A DNA stretch of 35,466 bases from a virus (taxonomy: Duplodnaviria; Caudoviricetes), in IMG/VR virus record IMGVR_UViG_3300033407_000913, positions 1 through 35,466 of that record, one strand, 5' to 3'. The notes beneath the pieces are model-generated. The model made no database searches. It worked only from the letters and a program-made list of their open reading frames with translations, and was not told the origin of the DNA. Below, in pieces: positions 7,070 through 16,000 of the stretch. Numbering within the stretch: the stretch's first letter is position 1; each line of letters starts with the position of its first letter. The position numbers were made by a program, and so were the translations under genes.

Positions 7070-10000
7070 AACGGCGAGTTATACTGATTCCAAACACCTC
7101 TTTCAAGAGCACGGGAATGAATTCTTCGTCCGACTCCCCGCGCACCGCGCGGTACAGGCGCAGCGCTCCCCGTTGGCCCAGGCTGGGAATGGGCGCCGAC
7201 TGCCAGGCGACATGGCTCGCCGCCTCCCAGAGCGCCAACCCTTCGCTCGACGAGCTGAGGTCCCGCCCGGTCCATTCCGAGCGGTTGAACATCACTTCAA
7301 GCAGCGGCCGGGCCAGCGGCTGATTGAGCAGGAAAGGCACGCCGAAACCCCCGGGTCCCGTGGCGACCCGGAAATCATTGGCCAGCGGGAAGATCCACCG
7401 AAGGTCGAGGGTCCGCACCCGCCCTCGTCCGTCGCGGAACGCCACCGGCTGAAAATACCGATCCGCCCACGTGTGCCGCTGGCGGTCGGTGTTGAGGATG
7501 GCCATTTCATCGTCGGTGACTCCGAAGACCAGGCGCGTCACCGCATTGAGCACGTAAGGGAAGGCGTAGAAGGCCAACACACGTCCCGGATGCTCGCGCA
7601 TCCCCTTGGCCGTGATCTTCAAGGCCTGATCGCTGAACGCGACGAATGGATCGCCCAGGGGGAAATTGCGCAGAAAACGGGCGGCGATGCCCAGCTTGCT
7701 GTAGTTCTGCAAGTATTTGAAACGGTCGCGGGCGAAGGATTCAGGGTGTCCCTGTTGCTCCACGTCGTGAATCCACACCGCCATCACCGATACCTCGTCG
7801 AGCAGCCCGTAGCCCCGCCCCGCGATCCGCGCGCCCTCCTTGGCCGCTTCAACCAATCGGGCCAGGACCGCCATCACATCGGTGGTCGGGGTGTCCAGCA
7901 TCGGCAGGATGGACTTGCGCAGCTTCTCGCGATCGTAGCCGCCGTGCATGGCGTTCATCCGCGACAGCCGCCGGTAGGTCGAATCCTCCAGCCCGCCGAG
8001 CACGCGGCGAAAGGCGTCGATGAACAGATCACGGTGCGTGTACGGATTCATCCCCAGCAACGTCCAGAAGTAGTGCTGCCCGTAGATCTGCCGAAACCAC
8101 GTGGCCGGGTTGTAGACAACGTGCGCGGAACGAAACGCGGTCAGCAGCGCCCGCCATGATCCGGCCAGCAGCCCGTTCATCGTCAGGCGAAATTCGTTAA
8201 GGTTGTAGAAAAGCTCCTCGCTGACATACTTGTCGGCCAGGGGGCCCAGGCCGGGATTGGCGTCCAGCCTCCGCCAATGATGCTTCTCCTCCTCGGGCAG
8301 CTCCAGGTACGCGACTTCCTCCATCGCCTCGGTCTGCGCCAGCTGGTGGAAGACGCGCACGCCGTCGATGAACGCGCGCATGTGGGTCAGCGACGCCACC
8401 GCGAGCAGCCCGATATCCTCCACCGGGCCGAGCCACTCCACCTGCTTGGCGCTGAAAGGCTTTTTGACCCGTACCCGCTCCTTGACCGACTCACCGAAAT
8501 ACTCGTGCCAGCGCAAGCGCTCGTTCTCCGCGAACTCGATCGCACTCTGTTCGTCGCTGAACTGCATCACCTGCCCTCGGGCCAGCGTGACCGTCCAGAG
8601 ATTGTCCGCCCGCTTCTCGCGCAGCATTCCGATCGGAATCCGCGGAGCGGCCAATTCCGTCGAGAAGGTCAACGGCCCGAAGCTGTGCTCCCCCGCGTCG
8701 TCGCGGTGCATGTGGTAGCGGCTGGTGAGAAACGCCCGCCCGCTCTCCCTCCGCATGCGCACGATCTGCTCCCAGTTGACCAGCCCGCCGCTTTTGGCGG
8801 CCTTCAACAGCATCGGGTCTTTGAGAATTTCGTCCGTCAGGGCGTTGGAGGCGCTCTTGTAGGCCGCAACCCAGGCCTTCAGGTCGTCGCTGAGCAGGCC
8901 CCAATCCCGCTTGCCCCGGGCCACGTCGATGAGCAGGCGGTGCTCGGTGGCGGTGAACGCGTCCCACGCCGTCAAGGGCATGCGCCGCACCACGTATCGC
9001 CCGGTCTTGCGCGCCGCGGTCAAGGCCTCGTCCACCACGGCCATCTGCCGGCCCAGCGCCTCATCGTGTTCCTCGCGTCCCAACAAGGGGCTGATCCGTC
9101 GTGGAACGGTTTCCCCTTCCGCGTCGCGCAGCGGCTTGACGTGCTGATCCCAGGCTTCGGCGATGTCGCGGGGCAGGGTGTCCGGCGATCGGTGTCCGCC
9201 TTCCATGACGGCGATCGCGGTTTGTCGAATCATCTGCCAGGCGTCTGGCGGCCAGGGCTTTCCGATCTGCGTCGCCCGCTTCTCGGAAAGCACCCCGGCC
9301 AGTGCCCCGGCCATGTCTTCCGCCAGACGCCGCTGCGTACCCTTCCCCCCGCGCAGATCGTCGAGCAGGAATTCACGGTTCCCTTCGATCTTCCACTCCG
9401 CGCCCCACAAAAGCCGGGCGATCGAGTCCATGTAGCGCTGCCCCGCCGGCGTCTTCATGTGTTTCAGGCGCGCTGCGATGCGGTCCCAATTGCGCGCATA
9501 CGCGGACCACAGCTTTTGCCGCACCGTGGTCGGTCCGGGCATCCCCCCGCTCATGGCGCCCATGCCCAGCAGCGGGCGGTGCCAGTTCTGGCGCATCCAC
9601 TCGCGCTCTTCCGGGGTGAGGTGCTCGGGGAGCAAAGACTCCTGCCGCGGCCCGAACCAGGGCGTATCTCCAGCCGCCCCTCCCCCTTCCCCTTCCCCTC
9701 CCTCCCGGGGCTCCTCCACGTCGGCGTCTTCCGCACCGAGCTCGGCCACGTGACCGTCGCCCTGGTTGGCGTTCTGTTCCGCCGCCGCGGCGATCTGGTT
9801 ACTCATCGCGCTGACCCGCGCGGCGAGGCGCTCCATTTCCTCCTGCCGTGCGAACGGTCGTCCGATCTCCGTCCGCACTTCCGCCAACTTCTCTTTGTTC
9901 TGCGCAAGGTCGCGCGCCCAGCCTTCGCCCGTCACCTCATCGAGGGCGTGCGCGAACCCCGTCACCCAGCTGCGCAATTGTCCGGCGGTCGGTTCCTGGC

Positions 10001-13000
10001 TGGCCGACCAGGTCAGGACACGGCGGAGCGGCAGGCCGACGTCTTTCGCAAACTTCTCGTGCGCCGCGGCGTCCGGCGGAAACTCGATACCCAACGCAAG
10101 GCGCTGTTCGCGCGACGCCCAGGCGATATCCCGGGCGAGCGTCACACGCAGGCCGCGGAAGGCGCCCACCGTGCGGGTTTCTTTCTCCTGGAAAGCGGCG
10201 GACGCCTTGAAAAGGGCCGTGCCCGCTTCGCCGTGCCTTTGGTAGGTTTCCTGCCCCACCTGCATCACGAACGGGACCGCCGGTTCGAGTTTCGCAACCC
10301 ATTCCACGAACTTGCGCCCCGGAGCGATCAGCGCCGCCAGTCGCCCGGCTTCACTCTTGAGCAGTGCCTCTTTGCTGCGCAGGGCCAGCTGCGTGTCGCG
10401 GTGGTAGCGGGCTTCACCCTGGAGTCGGCGCAGCTCGTGCTCGGCTTTGGTCCATTCGAGCACCGCCTTGTTCTCGCTGGACTCGGCCATCGCCATCTGG
10501 AAGGCCATCGTGTGCAGGTCGACGTCCTCGATCTCGTCGGCGTCGATGCGCCCGGAGAGGAAGTCGTTGTTCACCTTCTGCTTCGCGGCGAGAAGGGAGT
10601 ACATGAATTCGTCGGACATGCCCTTGGTGACATACCGATACAGCCGCACCTCGCGGTTGCGGTTGCCGCTGCGCACGACCCGCCCCACCATCTGCGTGAG
10701 CGTCCCCGGCTCCCACGCCGGTTCCAATTGGTGCAGGGCGACGGCGCGCTCCTGGGCGTTGATCCCCTCGCCCATCTTCTTCTTCGATCCGATCAGCACA
10801 CGAATATCGCCGCGATTGAAGGCCGCCAGCAACGCCTCGACCGCAGCGTCGTTGTCTTTCGCGTCGTAGATCGTGGCGATGTCGCGTGCGGCGACGCCGC
10901 CGGCCACCAGCTTGCCGATGAAGTCCTGATAGGTGGAGAACGGCATCCGGCTCCCCGGATTGCCCAGGTCCAGGAAGACCATTTGAGTCAGGCGCTCGGC
11001 GGCGGTCTCCTTGTAAATCTCGATGACTTTCTCCGCCGCGGCGGCCAGCTTGCCGCCCGGCTCTTCGGGCAGGTCGGGATAGATGAGGCGCATGTCCAGG
11101 GCCGCTTTTTTCTCATCCCCGATGACGGTGAGCATGATGTCGTCGCCCGGCTGGGGCGGTCTGCCCCCGCGAGCGCGAATGGCTTCTACTCGCCCGGCGA
11201 TCACCTTCTGGTATTTGCGCTGCGCCGCCGAGACCGGCAGCACCACCAGCTCGAACGTGCGTTTCCCCTCGCTGTTTTCCCGGACGACGGGCACCCCCCC
11301 TTCCTTGCTCAAGAGCACGCGGTCCAGTTCCTCCTGCGGCGTGGGGTGGGCGATCTTATCCCACAGCGCGTGGAGCCCGCGCAAATTCTGGAAGCGGCGC
11401 AGGCGGGTCACCATCTTGTAGCGCCCCGCGACCCGTTCGAGGTCGGGCGCCCCCACCGCGAACCAGCGGACCCAGTCGTCGAAGGAGGCGATCTGTTCGC
11501 TTTTCAAGACGTCGGGGATGAGGTAACGCATCATGGCGTAGATTTCGCTGATGCTGTTGTTGACCGGCGTTCCGGTGAGGAAGGTCACCCCGCGCCCGTT
11601 TTGCAGGCGGCTGACGTAGCGGGCCTTCATGTACAGGTCGAGGGTGATCTGGTTGCCTTCGCGGGGACCGAGTCCGCGAATGTTCTCCATCTGCGTCGTG
11701 TACTGGAGGTTTTTGCCCTTGTGGGCCTCGTCGTAGATGATCCAGTCCAGCCCCAATTCCTCGAAGGGCAGGACGTCGAGCTTGCGCACCGCCCCCACCC
11801 GGTCCTGAAGCTGGGCGCGCAGATTGTCGCGCATTTTTTCCATCTGCTTGACCGAGCGTTTCCCCGCTTTGCTGTCGTCTTTCGCACCTTCGCCGATCGC
11901 GTCTTCAAGGTCAGAGATCGCCTCGCCGTAGAATTCTTCGAGCGTCGCCTCGGACACCGGCAAAGCCTTGAACTGCTCGTGGGGCAGGATGAAGACCGTC
12001 TTTTCCGCGAGCGCCACGCGGGCCAGGGTCCGGCCGCGGGCCTTGCCGGCCAGGTCTTTCGTGGACAGGGCCACGAAGCGCCCGCCGGGGTAGAGCTGGC
12101 GGGCCTGTTTGATGAACTGGTTGAGCGTCTTGCGCGCTACCACCACGACGACCTTGCGGGCCAGACCCAGGCGAATCACTTCCATTGCCGCCGCCGTGGC
12201 GGTGAACGTCTTGCCCCCGCCCACCGCGGTGTAGATCAGGGTGTTGTGCGGACTGGATAACACTCGATAGACCCCGTCCTTCTGATAGCCGCGCAGGGTG
12301 ATCGAGGGGTTGGAGCCGGGCAGGGTCAGGTGACCGCCGTCATACTTCGTCGGGACCCAGTTGTGGTGTTGCTCGTTGTAGTCGGCGAGCAGTTTGGGTC
12401 CCCAGTGCGCGTGCGACCATATCCAAGTCTCGAAGTGCGCTCGAATCTCCTCCAGTTTGCTCCGCGCCGCGTCGGACGCCGCCTGGTCCGTGAACACCGC
12501 GCCGTCCGGCGTCTTGTCCGTCACCTTCGGGGTCTTCATGTTCAGCGCGTCGGCGAGCAGCTCCCCTGGGCTATAGTCCCGCGTGCCCCAGCGGTCGTTG
12601 GCGTAGTGGGGCGCCGAGACCGTCCAGCGGCCCGTCGCCGGCGAGCGGCGCACGCTCACCGAGCGGGCGGCCCCCTGGCCGATCAGGGAGACGAGGAAGT
12701 CCTCGATCGTTTCCGCGGGAATCCACGGGGCGCCGAGCACGGCGCGGATCCGGCTGGCGGGCAGATCGGCGGGCTGAACGGCGACGAGGGCGTCGACGTT
12801 GCCCTGGTACGTCGCCTTGTCCACCTTGAGCAGCGCGCGGGCCTCTTCCAGCTTGGCCCGGACGTTGCCGCTCAAGTAGTCCGCGGTGCTGACCACCTCC
12901 CCGGCGGGAAGCGGGAAGGCCGCCCCTTCGCGAATGAGGCGGCCCCGGGCCCCGTCCTCGTCGGTGTTGAGCAACTCGGCGATGCGGCGGAGGTCGATGC

Positions 13001-16000
13001 GGTTGAACTCGTCGAGGCTGATGCTCAGCGCGTCCGCGGCCGTCGCCGCGCTGGTCGGCCTCCGGTAGGCCTCCAGGATTCGCCGCGTGAAGACGTCGCC
13101 CTTCGCCGCTTTTTTGGTCTTGCGATCATACTCCTCGATCGAACCGAGCAACGACAAGGTCAGCGGATCGTCGGCGAGCAGCTCCGCGTTGGCCGAGGCG
13201 TGGATGGGGGTCACGCCGCGCCGCCCCAGGCGGTCGTACTCGTCGTTGAGACTCTTCTGTAACCCGGGCAGACGCTCGTCGCCGGCGGGATCAATCGATG
13301 CGCGGAGCAATTCCAGGAGGCGATCACGCAATCCGATCAGCCCCTTGAGGCGTTCGACCGCCTTATCCCCGCGGTCGGCACGAATCGAGGATTCGACCTC
13401 TTCCGAGGCCTCGCCCTTCCGCCCCGCGCGGCGCAACTGCCCCTCGCGCACGAAGTAGGTTCCCTGGGGCAGCCCGTCCGGCGTGGGGATGCTCGCGGCG
13501 ATGGTGTCCAGCGTCGCCAGCTCCGCCTCCCGCCGACCGAATACGTCGCCGGGCAGGGTGGCCAGCGCCGCGCGCAAGTCGGTGGCCAGGTCGAAGCCTT
13601 CGCGGGCTGCAACGATCGTGGCCGTCGCTCCTTCCTCTCCGCCGGCGTGCCGCGACCCGGGTTTGATCTCGCCCAGGACCATCTCCGGGTGCGTCTGAAA
13701 ATACTCGTTGATGTGTTTACCGGGCAGCGCCGCGTATGGCTTGCTCTCCAGCCAGGCCTCGCCGCCGGCCGGTTCGCCTTCCGCCCGCTTCCGCAAAAAC
13801 AGGATGTCGGCCGTGACCTTGGTTCCGGGCAGCGAATCCTCATTCAGCCGGACGGCGCCGAGAAGGTCTGCGCGGGCGGCGATATAGGCCCGTACCCGAC
13901 CGTCCAGCTTGTCCATGCTGCCCTTGGAGCTGATGAAAACTGCCAGTCCGCCAGGTCGAACAAGGTCCAGGGCACGCACGAAAAAATAGTCGTGGATGCG
14001 TCTTCGCAGCCACTTGGGATACCGCCGATCGTGAATGAGAAGGTCTCCGAAGGGCACGTTGCCCACGGCGACGTCGAAGTAGTTTTTGGGAAGCAGCGCG
14101 TTTTCAAACGGCGAATGACGAATGTCGGAAGCCGGATAGAGAGCGTGCAGGATCGCGGCAGACGTGTCATCTTTCTCGACAGCCACGCGGCGACTCGCAT
14201 CGGCCAGGTGCAGAGGCTGAAGACCCAGGAAGTGACCCACCCCCGCCGAGGGTTCGAGGACGGCGCCGCCACTAAATCCCATGCGCTCGAGCGTCTCCCA
14301 CAAGGCGGAGATGATCGCCGGCGGCGTGTACATCGCGTTTTGCGTCGATTGGCGGGCCGCTTTCCATTCTTCATCGCTCAGCAGCTCCTCAAGTGTCTCG
14401 TATTCGTCATGCCAGCCTGTCGCGCGGTCCCAGGCAGCCCCGGGATCGAACGGCTGCGGTACCGACCCCCACCCCTGGTAGCGCGAGAGGATATCGCGCT
14501 CTTTTGCGGTGGCTGCGCGACCTTCCTCCTTAAGCCGCTTGACCAGGCGAATCGCCTCCACGTTGCGCCGGAAGATCGTCTTGGCCGGGTTTTTTCCGGC
14601 CGCGAACAGGTCGTCGGGATCGCGGACGACGTAGTCGGTGAGTCCGCCTTTTTCCGCGGTATGCGCAGGCAGCTTTTCCTCCGCGCCTTCGACCCCTACT
14701 GCTCCTCGGGCAGGTCGAGATACTGGCTCGCCACCTGTTCGTAGGCTTCCTCTCCCGGCACCCCCCTGGACACCAGCTCCCCGATCGCCCTTGCCGCCGC
14801 GCGCTGTTTCTCCCACGCCCACAGGTGCACGCGGCCCGCCTCCTTCAGCTCCCGGTGCAGCTTCGGCCGGCTGTCCCTCAGCACGCGCACCGCCTCCCGC
14901 CCCAGGTTGTTCAGCCGGCTCTTCGCCTCTTCGTCGTTCGACGGGCTGTTCGGTTGGTCGCTCAAGGTCGGTCTCCTGTTTAATCGTAGTGGGTTTCGGC
15001 GACTTAGTCGACGATTGTGCGGCGGTTTGTGTGATCCCTTCCCACTGATTCAGCGCCGCGTGCAGCTGCCCTGAGTCGGGCAGCGCAGGGGGAAGCTCCT
15101 CCAGGAAGCGGATCGTCGCGCGCAGGCTGCGGGGTAGTTTTCGCCCGGTCAGGCGCTCGTAGAGCGCCCGAGTCTTGCGGTTCTGCGGGTAGAGCAGCGA
15201 GCGCATCTTCTCCGGCAAGTCGGCGAAGCGCGGGGCCGTCAGGACGTTGTACATCGCCTCGGCCCACGGCTCGTGACTGGCCATCGCGTCGGCGTCGCTT
15301 ACTTGCTCGTCGGGGCGGAGGCTGCGGACGAACCCTCCGGCAAGGCGGACGATGGCGCTCGCGACGGGGCCTGTGTCGCCGGCAGCGTCAACTTTTTTTG
15401 TAACTCCTGCAACGCCCACAGCTCCGGCTTCGCCCGTCCCCGCGCCTTGATCGTCAGGCGCCGTGCCAGGCGGTGGTCGCAGTCCAACTTCTTCACGGCT
15501 CGTTTCACGAATCGCTCCTTCCGTCTCAGGAATCGCCCCTTCAGTTTCACGAATTGCCTCTTCAGTTTCACGAGGAGTCTCCGGTCGATCAACGTAAAAA
15601 TCCCGCTTCTCCAGGTCCCATTCCCAGCCGTGTACGTCGGTCACGCGGGCGCCTTCCGGGGTCGTTTCCACGGAGTCCACGACGACAGGGGTGCGGGCCA
15701 GGCCGGGAATACGGTCGCCCGGATTTAGGTCCTCGGCCCGGACGCGAATCCGCCTGGAGGACGGCAATGAGATCTCTGTGCCTCTGTGCCTCTGTGCCTC
15801 TGTGCCTGTCTCGGGGCTTATTTCTTTTTCTTGGGCTTCGGTGGGCAGCCGCTCAGCGCCGCGGCCACCGCCTGGTCCTGCGGGCGCCAGGCCTTTTTCA
15901 TCTCCCGGACGTTCTTCGAAACGGTCTTGCGGTCGCATCCCTTCTTCAACGGCATCTCTCTCTCCTTGCGCTGGAATGGTCTGGACGAGCGACTCAGCGC

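Noticed and set aside
8277-12260. 1327-aa plus-strand ORF, and other long plus-strand ORFs such as 327-1586, 23348-24889 and 26651-28108
   Set aside because: Antisense shadows of well-supported GC-rich minus-strand genes; no motifs and biased composition.
15299-15592. Third nested ORF (97 aa) in the giant gene
   Set aside because: Its sequence is an off-frame reading of the 21-bp repeat; no convincing RBS or family resemblance.
15590-15760. VRAEDLNPGDRI as an intein/Hint motif in the giant protein
   Set aside because: No N-terminal Cys block or C-terminal HN motif nearby; more likely a small SH3/KOW-like domain.
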